DNA of 64,000 nt from Eledone cirrhosa (GCA_964016885.1 OZ024741.1:299336001-299400000), one strand, 5' to 3'; shown: positions 1 to 13,006, counted from the stretch's first letter. Translations and numbers: made by a program. The notes: generated by a model from the sequence alone, not told the origin.

Positions 1-55
1 ATATATATATATATACATATATATATGTGTATATATACATGTATGTGCATATACA

Positions 56-140
<85 letters not shown>

Positions 141-466
141 TTATTTATATATATATAATTAGAAACTGGAGTTAACACTATAATTTAATGAGCTCAAGGT
201 ATAGAATCCCACCTCTTATTACAGGGGATATGTGTTCAATTACCAGAGCGAAAGTGATGGAGAATACATATCAATTAAAAGAATAAATTAAAATGCACAA
301 ACCAACCTTTTATAACTATATACACCTGGACAAACTCTAATAAGCGAATGTTTCGCCATAAATGATGAAGATTCCCTACAGCAGAGGGCTTCTCAACAGG
401 TGTACAACACTATATTATATTATTATATTATTATTATTAATATATTATGTTATTTATATATATATA

Positions 467-532
<66 letters not shown>

Positions 533-608
533 CAAAGGAGGTGTGGCAAGGATCCAGATGTACCATAACGTACCTGAGTACTCAATACTCAGGGTAGTAG
601 AGTGGGTA

Positions 609-724
609 ATAGGTAAATATTTTACCCCGACGGCAGGGCTCAACCAGTTTCGACGGCTATTTCAGTCCAGAAATACCCGTGGAAACGGCTTCAGCTCTGC
701 CGTCGGGGTCAAACATTTTCCTAT
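609..724. repeat. GC-rich imperfect long hairpin (MITE-like)
   Basis: ATAGGTAAATATTTTACCCCGACGGCAGGGCT...AGCTCTGCCGTCGGGGTCAAACATTTTCCTAT; ~55-bp arms with scattered mismatches around a 6-nt loop, in a TA-rich context. Confidence 0.75.
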
Positions 725-860
725 ATACACACAGACACACATATATATATATATAATTAGAAATTAAAAATTATAAGCTTTCACCGTATTTCAGACTAAA
801 GACATTTCTAGCCTGATAGTGGGGTTAATAACCCTCGGAGAAATGGAAAAAGATGAGTGT

Positions 861-931
861 TGCCGTACATGGGAGTCGAACCAATATATTTGGTTATCCG
901 GACAACTGTGCTACCATTACACCAATACACA
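861..931 (-). ncRNA. tRNA-like sequence (copy in 291-bp unit)
   Basis: Reverse complement has A box TGGTGTAATGG and B box GGTTCGACTCC; several substitutions relative to the 1607 copy. Confidence 0.65.
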
Positions 932-1315
932 TCCCGTCTCCTTCCATTCGAATTAGAAGCTATGAACTTAGCAAGTGAATGATAAACAAGCAAATTATAA
1001 ATGTAAACATGTAAGTATGTTTTTGAAACGGTGCGCGAGTTTGAAAACTAGAAATTAGAAATTATAAGCTTTCACCGTATTTTAGACTAAAGAAATTTCT
1101 AGCCTGATAGTGGGGTTTATAACCCTCGGAGAAATGGAAAACGATGAGCGTTGCCGTACATGGGAGTCGAACCCACATCTTTGGTTATCCGGACCACTGT
1201 GATTCCATTAACATACCGTTTCAAAAACATACTTACATGTTTACATTTATAATTTGCTTGTTTATCATTCACTTGCTAAGTTCATAGCTTCTAATTCGAA
1301 TGGAAGGAGACGAGA

Positions 1316-1386
1316 TGTGTATTGGTGTAATGGTAGCACAGTGGTCCGGATAACCAAAGATGTGCGTTCGACTCCCATGTATGGCA
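1316..1386 (+). ncRNA. tRNA-like sequence (copy in 291-bp unit)
   Basis: A box TGGTGTAATGG, D stem GTGT/GCAC, T arm GTGCG-TTCGACT-CCCAT. Confidence 0.65.
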
Positions 1387-1606
1387 ACACTCATCTTTTT
1401 CCATTTCTCCGAGGGTTATAAAGCCCACTATCAGGCTAGAAATTTCTTTAGTCTAAAATACGGTGAAAGCTTATAATTTCTAATTTCTAATTTTCAAACT
1501 CGCGCACCGTTTCAAAAACATACTTACATGTTTACATTTATAATTTGCTTGTTTATCATTCACTTTCTAAGTTCATAGCTTCAAATTCGAAAGGAAGGAG
1601 ACGGGA

Positions 1607-1677
1607 TGTGTATTGGTGTAATGGTAGCACAGTGGTCCGGATAACCAACGATGTGGGTTCGACTCCCATGTACGGCA
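1607..1677 (+). ncRNA. tRNA-like cloverleaf (non-canonical, anticodon position GGA), followed by a T5 Pol III terminator
   Basis: D stem GTGT/GCAC; anticodon stem TGGT/ACCA with loop CCGGATA (C33 and T37 are non-canonical); T arm GTGGG-TTCGACT-CCCAT; acceptor only ~5 bp; TTTTT at 1687-1691. Confidence 0.7.
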
Positions 1678-1740
1678 ACACTCATCTTTTTCCATTTCTC
1701 CGAGGGTTATAAACCCCACTATCAGGCTAGAAATTTCTTT

Positions 1741-2979
1741 AGGAAGCAAGTGTTAGTGCCTCCTTAAGGAACGAACTGGCACGTATCCGGAACAAATGCA
1801 CCGACGCTAGAGACCGAGACACACACACCACACATTTCCTGGAAGTACTCAAACTGAACGGATACACGACATCCACCACAAACCGTGCCAGAAAGAACGG
1901 AGGACACCACACCCGAGGCACTAACACTTGCTTCCTGAAGCTCCCACACTTCAGTGAAGAAACAACAACAGCCATCCGCAGAGTTATCAGACGAGAGGGA
2001 CTAGATATCCAACTGGCCCACTCAGGTCCTTCTCTACGCAGACAGCTAACCAAAAGACACTCCACCAGACATGACAACTGCTGCAGACTAGCCAACTGCC
2101 CCATCAACTACACAGACCTGTGCCACCAGGCTTACCTCGTATACAGACTAGAGTGTGACAAATGCAGCAACTTCTACGTAGGTAGCACCACCAGACCACT
2201 TCACATAAGAATAAAAGAACACCTCAATACTAACGCTTCCTCATTTAAGAAACACCTAGTTAAATGCAAAAACACCGAAAAAACCATAACAGTTAGGATA
2301 GAAACCTCGGCAATCTTAGAATTAAGGAAGCACTAATTATAGATAAAACACAACCACCAATCAATAATAGACTAGAACTCAATATTTACCCCCCCACACA
2401 CACACACGCACACACACACACACGCGCTTACACCTCCACTTATTCTCTCTCACACATACACACACAAAACCAGTTCTAACACCAGATAACACCTATCCCC
2501 CACATTTACGAATAGACATATCTTCTCACACTCACACACACACACACTCACATACTTACACCTTCATGCATTCTCCCACACACTTAAACAGGCATGTATA
2601 AAAAAACAAAAAAAAAAAAACAAGAAAAAAAACAAAAAAAACAACAAACCCCTTTTAAAGGGAGACTACTCTTTATCCACCTAATTCTAACTCTTTGACA
2701 TTAGAGATAGAACAGATACTCTATACCATTTCCAGTCAGCATGACTTGGCAAGCTATTTAGAACACTGGTTTGAGACCTTTATTTCCCTCTGAAGAAGAG
2801 ATATTATCTCGAAAATTAAGGACTTTAAATAAATCTAAGGCAAAAGACTAATTGTCAACAATATCTTTTGCATTTGCATTCTTTATTCTATGTCCATACC
2901 TGCATTGTTTTGGCTTTATTATACATATACAAACGTTTATACCTCATTACACAATGCTTCAAGTGAACTATAACCTCCT

Positions 2980-2980
<1 letters not shown>
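1741..2980 (+). mobile_element. 5'-truncated Penelope-like element (RT thumb/linker + GIY-YIG endonuclease + 3' pseudo-LTR)
   Basis: Own translation from ~1742: ...LKLNGY...FLKLPHFSEE...CRLANCPINYTDLCHQAYLVYRLECDKCSNFYVGSTTRPLHIRIKEH; 3' region carries an HHR and ends at (TA)n; 3' end is homologous to 54965-55337. Confidence 0.88.
2787..2821 (+). ncRNA. minimal type I hammerhead ribozyme
   Basis: CCT-CTGAAGA-A-GAGAT(ATT)ATCTC-GAAA-AT-TA-AGG; stem I CCT/AGG; palindromic stem III AATT. Confidence 0.7.
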
Positions 2981-3035
<55 letters not shown>

Positions 3036-5294
3036 CGATGAAATACCAATGATAGTTGGAAAATCACTGACGAAGGACTAATTCTTTTCATATGTAAACC
3101 ATGTGCAACCACGCAGCACTCAATTCTTCTCATATTTTTATATATATATATATACTCGCTTTCACCATAAATCCAAAGTCACATTGTTAGATAAATGTGG
3201 AATCTATCACATAGATCTGGTACTCTTTGTATCAAACCCGGATTTGAATGTAGAATGCAAGTGACTTGACTAAACGCCATGAAACATGTCATTTAAAACT
3301 TAATCGCTATTACTGCTCTTATACATACTTATTTACATCAGATATTGTGAAAAGAAATGTTATTATCTTTGAATTTCTAACAATTCCACCTTTAAAACCT
3401 TGTCGCTTTATTCTTCCTTACGTCTCGAGCTATGTTTTATTTATTCAGGAATTTGAATATAAACATTCAGTTCAGGTCCGCTGTTCTTCTATGTCCAGCT
3501 AACCTCATAGAGTGCCTGTGTGATCCAAAGATGAATGATTTACATCGAAGTCCGACCATTGATAAATAACATCTAAATTTCCAACATATCTAACCTTTAA
3601 AGAAATATTTTTGCCTAATGAGTTCGGGTTTTTTGTATAAACGAAAACGACGCGATGATCACGAGTACGATGCATTTGTTTATAGATTTCTGTTCCATAA
3701 ACACAGCAAATGCCACCAACACCATCACTAACAGCAACAGCATACTCATCCACACACACACGAACACACACACACACACACCCACACACACACACTCACA
3801 CATACATACACATACATACACACACACACATATACACACACACACATACAAACACACACACACATAAACCATACGGTGATCATGCAATCTGTAATGTCAT
3901 TTCTTATACATGTCGGATATCTGAAGTGGTACAAAGAGTTTCGTAATAAAACTTAATGAAATGTCACAGAGAGTCACGATAGAAATAAATGATAAGTGGT
4001 TTAAGAACTCAACAATTGGACATTATTGGATGCAGTATACGAAATATATTATCTGCCAGTGAGTAATAATATCAACGGTTAGTTGCTATTATCTAAAATA
4101 TCGGAACGGTGATTGGTACAATCGTTAGAACGTTGGATGAAATGTTTTGCGACATTTAGTTATGACCCTTTATGGTCTACCTAATAATAGCACCTAAATC
4201 AAATCGACTTTTATGATAAGGGAGTTTGATATAATAACGTACCAGTGCAATACTGCGGTCCGTATAATTAAATTTCCGTTTTCCATACAGATTGTTGCTC
4301 TTGTGCCTAAATTAGAAAATGTATTTAAACAAATATAAAGGTAATGATTGGCAAATCAGTAGCATGCTGGTCAAAGTGTCTTAGTATTTAGTAGTCTCTT
4401 TGCGTTTTGTGTTCAAATCTCACCTCGGGCGATATTGATATTCAGTCTCTATGTATCAATCGAATAAATACTATTCAATTACTTCTTCTTCGTCTACTTA
4501 TTCCTGAGAGGGGCGTTGGGGCAGAGTCTTCAAACAGTTCTTTCGGTGTGTCCTGTCAGAAGCAACCGTCTCGAACTGATCTGACTAGATCCCCTTTTGG
4601 GGGGATGTCAGGACGCAATCTCAGGATACCCTCTTATGACAGGTCACAGGCCAATCGATACCCTCTTCTTAAAAATAAAGCGCCTCGGTGCTTACGCATA
4701 AGATCTTCATTTAAACGGGAAAATACCCATGAATAACACGACCAAATATTTTCTCCCACGTTTTTGTTAGAAATAATTAGTTTGACTCAAAATCATCCAG
4801 CTCCCTAAAAAATATCACAGAAACGAAAATAAAAACAACACAAGAAAAGACAGGGTTGATATGTTTGGAACCACTTTGAGCATAGTCTTGTTCTTGTGTA
4901 GCTAACTTATGGTTAAACAATAACAACTAACTGCAAAACTGTTAGATAAACAAATGCAGCGAGAAAAATGAATATCTAAGTGATGCAGTATCATAGAAAG
5001 TCATTGAATTTAAGCAAATTTTTTTAACTGCTCAAGTCCAAAAGTAACTGAACAGAAAATATGTTAGATACACCAGCATACTTTCATTTTCTTTCCAAAA
5101 TTGTCTTCTACGAAGAAATCACATCAGAATATAACTAGAAACATTATGGTATTATCCCGTTACTCCTGATGGAGTATCTTGGCCATGTTAAACTCAGCTG
5201 CATCCACCAGTCTCCAAGCCTAAAGCAGATTCCATCCAGAGAAGGGTAACAATTAACAGTTAAAATGTGAGAAAGAGATATAAAAGACAAATTG

Positions 5295-5433
5295 ACCACA
5301 GTATTATATTGGCATTTTTTATCGACCTCGAAATGATGATAGTTGACCTCGGTGGGACTTGAACTCAGAGAGCTGGAACGAATACCACAAAGCATTCTCT
5401 CCGACGTTTTAACGACTCTGCCAGTTCGCCGCC
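5295..5433 (-). mobile_element. tRNA-derived SINE, diverged copy
   Basis: ttatcgacctcg...agttgacctcggtgggacttgaactcaga matches the SINE consensus seen at 61495-61669. Confidence 0.65.
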
Positions 5434-5751
5434 CTTTGAAAGGTTATGAAATGTTATAAAATAGTGAATTCCTAATTAGGTAAAAGGTCAGCAATTTTCT
5501 CGGGAGAAGAAATTCGATTATATCGACGGCATGTTTTGACTGGTACAATAAAGTCATTTTTCAACTTAATATATGACATACACAAATAATAAATGTGGTA
5601 CATTTTCCCTTCATTCTTATTAGAAAGTTGTCATTCCTGAACATAGTAAATTGTATATATCCATATAGGTGTTTTCTACGTTACCATTAAGCTGCAGTAA
5701 AGAGAAAAAATGCTACCGAAAAGATAGAAGTTTAACCGTAGGACAGAGTAA

Positions 5752-5863
<112 letters not shown>

Positions 5864-6427
5864 AACGTGGGTGTATGTATTTATTAAATTTATAGGTGTT
5901 TGTATATGTGCATTGTGTATTCCGCTAGGAACAATAACGTTCCGTTAAATTCCAACCACATTATTATAAGAAAGCTGTCATAGACTTAAGTCTGAGACAA
6001 AAAGTCAGTTTATGTAGAACAATAGAGAAGACTTTTGAAGGATGGGTTAATCTTATAGTGATCTGTGACATTGTTGCGCTAAGACACTTAAGACATTGAT
6101 TGTTTCCAACGAAAGTTTATAATTAATTATTGACTACTGTCAGTTAAATATCCCACTTACGTCACTTCAATTTGACTTCATAGTTATATATTTGGTTCCT
6201 TTCGGCTATATTTACTTACATACACAGGTACATACATACATTAATACATACGTAGATACATACAAACATACATCTATTAGTTACATACATCCATGCATAT
6301 ATATATATATATATATATATACATGCACACACACGCACACTCATACAAACACATGGATGAGATATTATTAATTTCACATTTCACCATGGAAACTATCTAA
6401 GATTGGGCGTAGGGCATATCTAATAAT

Positions 6428-6557
6428 AATTGTTTCTACTTTTTGCACAAGGCCAGCAATTATCCCAGTGCATTACTGGTACTTTATTTTATCGACCCCG
6501 TAAAGATGAAAGGCAAAGTTAACCTCGGCGGGATTTGAACTCAGAATGGCAAGGACC

Positions 6558-6560
<3 letters not shown>
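6428..6560 (-). mobile_element. tRNA-derived SINE (5'-truncated)
   Basis: ttgtttctactttttgcacaaggccagc...ggtactttattttatcgaccccg...ggatttgaactcaga. Confidence 0.85.
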
Positions 6561-6614
<54 letters not shown>

Positions 6615-6631
6615 GCAGCAGCGGCAGCAAC

Positions 6632-6683
<52 letters not shown>
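6559..6683. repeat. compound (AAT)n(AGC)n(AGT)n microsatellite
   Basis: Seen directly. Confidence 0.95.
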
Positions 6684-7799
6684 ACAATGTTTACTGTATT
6701 TACCTCAAGGGTTGACATAAAGTATAACATTAAGGGCAGTACAGGACGGCACAGGACGGTACAAATGGGCATTTCTGCGTGTAAAATAACAAACTTTTAT
6801 ATATAAAAGCAAATATTGAAAACAAAGGTAACATTCCCCAATAGGGGTGAATCTTCCGATTGTCCCTCGTGGAGAAAGCCCACAAAAAGACACGGTCACC
6901 CTGACCGCTACATCATCTTAAATAACTTAAATAACTTAAATAAAATGTAATATCTTTAATTAGTCTAGAAAGTTCGAAATATATTCGAAAATATACAGCT
7001 GTGGAATATGATATGCAGACCAAGGGAAATATGGTAAACAGAACTTATGAAATACTCTACCTCAAGGGCGTTTTCTTTAATTAATCTCTTAAACATGTGT
7101 TGCTATACTATCTTAAATTGATATAGAACGTTAATTATAATAACTGACGTATGTCGAATTAGTGGAGATTTGCAGTTGACAGGATTCTGATGCGTGAAGC
7201 AAGGATTATGCAAACGATGTTGATTACGATGTAAATTTCTATACACAATTGCAAATCAAATTGATTGGTTTACAACAGGGAGAGTTGCTTCCAATTTTAA
7301 CTTAATTTTAAGAGATTATATATGAAGATGTATTAAATTAGCTGTGTAATGTTTCCTACGACTGATTATAGTAAATTTGGCTATTATAGTAAAATTTAGC
7401 TGACAAACAGTAACATAATATTACGTAAACTAGAATTAAGTCATGGTTTAGTATATTAGCATTTACAATATGAATTTACATAACACTGTATTAAATTACT
7501 ATGTATTTGAATATTCAATTTTCAAAATCATATATTTCTAGATTCTCATACAGAACAGGTCCATTTTGTATGTTTACGAAGGGATTCCATCACTAAGCAT
7601 TACTCCCAGCTCCCAGCGAATCTGTACGTTGCTAAATAAGTTTGATATAACGAAATATGTTCGGAGTTAACTCTGTTGTTTATTGAAGAGAAAAAGTAAT
7701 ATTGGTATTTCTTCCAGCCTTCTCTCTGTATATAATTTTATATGAAGCACTGGAAACTCGTTACATAGTGTCTCTTCACTGTAAAGGTCAACCAAAATA

Positions 7800-8340
7800 A
7801 TGGAAAGGGGACAAAATATTTTATACTTCAGTATGTGTATTTTCTGTCTGTCTTTCATAGGTATCGTTCTCTTTAGAGACATATGTACCGGAAACTGACT
7901 TGATCTTCTAAACCACCCACGAATAATTATTAGTTCAAGAGAATTTCAGTGAAAGCAATGTTGCTGCATTTAAAATCAGTAACGTGTTCAATCGTGTCTA
8001 GAATTAGAATTTTCTTGCTATGTTACTATAATATCAGTTTTATCTGTCTTCCTTTCCCTTCAATTGTCAAACAAAACTATTACAGCGTATACCTTAGATG
8101 GTCGTTTTGACTCACACACTACCTAAAGTGATGTAATCAACAGTGTGGCTATTTCTCTTGCACTTTCCATTCTATGCATTAATGCTTTACTTGTAACTTC
8201 TAACAATATATAATCCACAGCAAATAATTTCACTCTTTACACTTCGTTTCTATTTAACCCCGACAGTCAAAATGAACACAACACGTTGGAATTCCATCAA
8301 CACATATTCTGAAAATAAGCGCCTCAGATGCATAACAATA
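7800..8340 (+). pseudogene. highly decayed non-LTR (CR1/Jockey-group-like) reverse transcriptase fragment
   Basis: Remnants such as VAAFKISNVFNRV (cf. ALDISKAFDRV) and LDG...SVAISLALSILCINAL (cf. GSVLSPxLFxLxINDL), with stops and frameshifts. Confidence 0.5.
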
Positions 8341-8840
8341 TTTTAAAAGTAAATCACAAGATCGATCGATGGACCACCGTCGATTTCGATGAGGAGTATG
8401 CCCGATGTTGGGTAACGGAACTGCCTGACCGTAAAAGGAGCAAGTAAGTGGCTGAACGTGCTACACACATGAATACACTTAACGTAAATCTTCTTGAGAT
8501 TTATCGTGAGATAGTGTTCATTAAAACTACAGTCCAATGTCCATCTGATAGGCTTCCAAACAAGTATCGTCTACCCAATTTCACTCATAATACATGAGTC
8601 AACATGAGGAAGCTCTGGTGAAACAGAAAACGAATTACTGCGAAACTAATGCTCTCGCTATTAATATTTGTCAGAATTAATAACAGAACACACTCACTGT
8701 TTGATTGGTTTTCGCTTCTCGCTACTGTGTCTTTTATATCGGTAATCTAACTTACTCGGTCCTCAATGTTGCCATTGACTGACCGACGGTCAAAAATAAT
8801 ACAGATGCAATATAGACACAAACACATATATATAGTTTAT

Positions 8841-8879
8841 CATAAATCTTTCGTTGCACATCTACAACATCATCAGTGG
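8841..8879 (-). ncRNA. minimal type I hammerhead ribozyme
   Basis: Reverse complement CA-CTGATGA-T-GTTGTA(GATG)TGCAAC-GAAA-GATT-TA-TG. Confidence 0.7.
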
Positions 8880-9197
8880 TGCTATATTTTCCTCCTGTTG
8901 TATTGTATGTCTACGCCATTTTTATTCAGCAGTCTATATATTTATTTATTTATTTGCTTGTTTGTATATTTTATGTTGTCTTCTTTGCGCATGCGTTTGC
9001 GTGTGTGTATAGTGTTTTGTTTGCTGTGTGATGGGAGACTAGTGTGTGTTTATGTGCTTGTTATTGTGCTTGTGTATGTATTTATTTATTTATTTTATTT
9101 TATTTACTTATTTATACTTCTCTTAGGTCAGTGTTGTTTGTTTGGGTGTTGTTGTTATTCCATTCATTCTTTCTCTTTAGTCTTGGTCTTCTAATTT

Positions 9198-10280
9198 CTA
9201 TTTCCTGGCCTCTCTGATTTGCCTATCTACTGGGTCATTTCTACGTTTAGATATTATTCTAATTTCTATGTTGTCTATGTTACCCTCATGTTGTTGTCTA
9301 ACATGTTCGTATAGTACTGACCCGTTTTTTCGTCCTTTTAGTTCCCCCCAGTGTTGGTCTATCCTTTCACCTATGCTACGAGCTGTCTCACCTATGTATG
9401 TTGTTGTCATGTTTCTGCAAGTACCTTCTGTACATCTTATGCTATAGACTACGTTTCTAGTTTTACAGTTTATCCGGGGATTCACCTTACATATGATACA
9501 TTTCCTATTGGTACAGTGGGTTTTCTTAAAAGGGTAGGTTTTGCTGATAAGGGATTTTATGGTGGTTCCTGGCTTTTCTACCACCTTTATCTTTAAGTGG
9601 GTCTTTCTCAGGGCCTTTTTACACTGGTTAGCTAATTTCCCTCCAGGGGTAGCGTCCACAAACATGACACTCTGGTATCTCTGGTTGTCGTACCATGAGG
9701 TGGCTTTCCCTATCTTATGTCTAGCCCTATCTAAGCTATTCCATGATTTGCTCCTGTATAATGGGCAAATTCCTTTCATGTCCAGTTCTATGAGGGTCTT
9801 ATACTTCTCCATGGCTCCTTCGTATACTCTGACTCTGTCTCTTTGGTTGTAGCCAGAGAACTGCATGCGGTTGATGAAGTGTTGGATGTGTCTTTCCATT
9901 TCTGTTGGGTCGCATATGCGGGACACATTCTTCATCACTCGTACCAAATCTGCGATCAGAATATTAAACTTAGCACTACTCGACATTGCTGAGTTTTTGA
10001 GTATCAGGTATTTGGAGGCCATGGGTTTAGCATAGTGTGAGTGGAGAATTTGGGCTCTCTCGTCTATAGTGTTAATCCAGAGTTCTGTGTCTAATACAGG
10101 TAGTCTATTGTTAGGGTGTTTGGAAGGGAAGTCGATAGTTACAGTTATACTCTGGTGTACGGAATTAGCTATCTGCTGGATGCTTTCCATCGTGCTACGT
10201 TCTAAATCAAACTTGTTAGTGCTCTCTAGTGGGGGTGTTCTTATAACTATATTGATATCGTCTACATAACGAGAGTACAT
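9198..10280 (-). CDS. PLE polyprotein C-terminal part: RT palm/thumb + GIY-YIG endonuclease (partial, pseudogenised)
   Basis: YSRYVDD, RLPVLD, MQFSGY, CxxxxCxxC...C, VVYSIRC...YIGETARSIGERIDQH; upstream frame interrupted by TGA. Confidence 0.88.
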   Translation of the reverse strand: MYSRYVDDINIVIRTPPLESTNKFDLERSTMESIQQIANSVHQSITVTIDFPSKHPNNRLPVLDTELWINTIDERAQILHSHYAKPMASKYLILKNSAMSSSAKFNILIADLVRVMKNVSRICDPTEMERHIQHFINRMQFSGYNQRDRVRVYEGAMEKYKTLIELDMKGICPLYRSKSWNSLDRARHKIGKATSWYDNQRYQSVMFVDATPGGKLANQCKKALRKTHLKIKVVEKPGTTIKSLISKTYPFKKTHCTNRKCIICKVNPRINCKTRNVVYSIRCTEGTCRNMTTTYIGETARSIGERIDQHWGELKGRKNGSVLYEHVRQQHEGNIDNIEIRIISKRRNDPVDRQIREARK

Positions 10281-10511
10281 GATGAGGTCTATGGAGCTCT
10301 CATTAAGGAGATCTTTAAGTCTCCTTTCTCACCATACCATGAAAAGGTTGGCAACATCACCAGCTATGCTGACGCCGATGGCTGCTCCCTCATTTTGGGT
10401 GTAGATCTTCTCGTTGAACTTAAATATGTGGCCCTTTAGGGTAGTTTTGATACTAGCCCCTATTCCATGTGCGACCATTTTTCTTACACACATATATATT
10501 TATATATATAT

Positions 10512-10535
<24 letters not shown>

Positions 10536-10548
<13 letters not shown>

Positions 10549-10927
10549 CATGCTAAAACGATATATAGCAATTGGGAAATTACTAGTATTTTGTACATAT
10601 ATAAAGAACAATTATTATGTAAGTAAATATAAATACTTCTAGCTTTCTGGAAACAAAACATAGTATGCAACCAACGATCTTACTAAATACTATCAATCAC
10701 CAATTTTGGGTTTAGGTAATACGTGTCTTAAGACCATGATTTCTTTGTGTCTATATTGTATCTCTATTATTTTTGACCGTCGGTCAGTCAATGGCAACAT
10801 TGAGGACCGAGTAAGTTAGATTACCGATATAAAAGACACAGAAGCGAGAAGCGAGAACCAACCAAACAGTGAGTGTGTTCTGTTATTAATTCTGACAATA
10901 TTACACAAATATGACCCTCCCCAAGTA

Positions 10928-11011
<84 letters not shown>

Positions 11012-11043
11012 TATACATATATATGTGTGTGTGTGTGTGTGTG

Positions 11044-11076
<33 letters not shown>

Positions 11077-11377
11077 CTATATATACACACACACACACAT
11101 ATATATTTATATATACATATATGTGTATGTGTGTTTGTATATATATATTACATATAACATGCTAAAACGATATATAGCAATTGGGAAATTACTAGTATTT
11201 TGTACATATATAAAGAACAATTATTATGTAAGTAAATATAAATACTTCTAGGTGATAATATAGCCTTAGGCACTTTCTGAAAACAAAACATAGTATGCCA
11301 CCAACGATCTTACTAAATACTATCAATCACCAATTTTGGGTTTAGGTAATACGTGTCTTAAGACAATGATTTCTTTC
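10536..11377. repeat. ~210-bp direct duplication (10536-10745 / 11145-11377) bracketing an inverted PLE pseudo-LTR piece (10746-10930)
   Basis: ataacatgctaaaacgatat...cgtgtcttaagac.atgatttcttt occurs twice; the second copy has ~20 extra bp. Confidence 0.85.
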
Positions 11378-12531
11378 ATTGGTAAGGTGAGATCGTTTAA
11401 ATATATCTCACACTACGCAGAGTTATTAGTCATCTTCTTAGGTGTAAATTTTGAAATCTTCTCCATATGGTATAAACGATTAATAGAAGGACAGATATCA
11501 AAGTACAGGCCGTGTAATGAGCGCTAAAAATAGCAACGTACAGGTCTCATTAGGACAACTAATTTAATGTGATATATATATATATAGTCACTCCTTTTGT
11601 GTGCCATTTTTCAAGTCCGGCACTAAACAATCTCTCTGACCTTTTTTTCTTTACAAAAGCTACAACTTGGTTGAATTCTTTCCCAGATCTCGATTTTGTT
11701 CTTGTATGAATCATATCAACAAATCCTTAAAGAGAAAGTTAACTGCATCAGATTCACATATCTATAAAGCTAAATGTAACAGTCCTTTTTAATCTGACTA
11801 TAGTTATATACGTAGTAACTCATGCCCCCCCCCCCCCATTATAGACTGTTAACTTCCACAACTTCAATGTTGTCTATTTCCTTTTCACAGCTTCGAATAT
11901 ACTTGACAAATACGAAATGACGTACTCTTACACAATCGCCTACCGTTAAATACAGGCTGTCATGGCGAGTTTTACGAATGCTATAATCTATGGTTCGTAG
12001 CTGCAATATCAGTCAATAATATCGTATTCATATAATTACATTAAAGAAGACCATGATTTATGTAGTTTATAAGAATCTAGAAATGGCTTACAAGTAAGTG
12101 TATAAGTGGAAATATGCTGTCTGAAATTTATGAATAAGTAAATGTTCTTAAGATCTATGTAAGCCTAAGTATGCGCGAATATACATTTATACAAACAACC
12201 ACTTATTTACTTCTTACATGCATACACACATACAGATATACAAACGTGCATACATATATACATACATAGAAAAATGTATGCATATATATATGTATATTTA
12301 TAAATATATATATACTCCCAAATACACATATGTGTATCTATCTATCTGTCTATCTATCTATTTATCGATAGATAGATGGATAGATATACACAAACACACC
12401 CACATGCACACACACACACACATACGCATACATACACACACAAACACTGACACACACAATGACAGAAATACAGACACACACACATACACAGTCACACAAA
12501 TACACACACATATATATACATATATATATAT

Positions 12532-12795
12532 ATGACAAAAAGCTGTTTCACCGCCACTTTCGCCTAAATAGACGGAAAGCTACTTTCTCGATCCGCATCT
12601 CTGGACCCTGGAATCGGCTTCCAGAAGAAGTAATCAACTCGTCAAGCACGCAACAATTCAAGGAGAAATTGGACCTGTGTTGGACCACTATGTTTCGGAC
12701 TGTGTAGATGTTACCCCGCCCCACTCCTTACATGGCATCTGAAGCATCTATGTTTTAATTTCTGCCAAATATATTGAATTGAATTGAATTGAATA
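12532..12795 (+). mobile_element. CR1/L2-group LINE 3' end
   Basis: KLFHRHFRLNRRKATFSIRISGPWNRLPEEVINSSSTQQFKEKLD is the typical ORF2 C-terminus; (ATTGA)n tail. Confidence 0.8.
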
Positions 12796-12913
12796 TGTAT
12801 ATATATATTACACATTTTAATTTCGTACTGTTTAAGTGTTATTTGTTTAAATAGTTCAACCGTTTCATCTGGATGTATTACTGTGAATACTCAACAATAT
12901 ATTTTCATACAGA

Positions 12914-13006
12914 ATGATGTATTCCTATATAAATTGAAATCTAGCTGTGTTATAAGTCCTACAGTAATTAAGAAGAATACTAGTGATCATTTATACACAC
13001 ACATAC

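Larger units (their letters stand above)
758..1740. repeat. 291-bp tRNA-like unit array: ~1.5 copies on - strand, inversion at ~1212, ~1.8 copies on + strand
   Basis: Equivalent landmarks at 861/1152 (-) and 1316/1607 (+), period 291; the left end abuts (TA)n and the right end is fused to a PLE fragment. Confidence 0.9.
8666..10487 (-). mobile_element. 5'-truncated Penelope-like element with 3' pseudo-LTR
   Basis: RT motifs QNEGAAIGVSIAG and YVDD, LPVLD, GIY-YIG; HHR in the 3' region; 8666-8820 is duplicated in inverted orientation at 10746-10930. Confidence 0.92.

Noticed and set aside
343-405. Possible HHR (CTGTTGA...GAAACATTC on the - strand)
   Set aside because: Core mutated and stems I/II not convincing
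1036-1140. Hammerhead within the 291-bp unit (CTGATAG..., TTGAAAA...GAAA)
   Set aside because: Core and stems do not fit the consensus register
1607-1677. Functional tRNA-Ser(GGA) gene
   Set aside because: C33 and T37, mismatched acceptor end, no long variable arm; GGA anticodons are not normal in eukaryotes
3062-3095. CTGACGA plus a short stem
   Set aside because: No GAAA or stem I/III downstream
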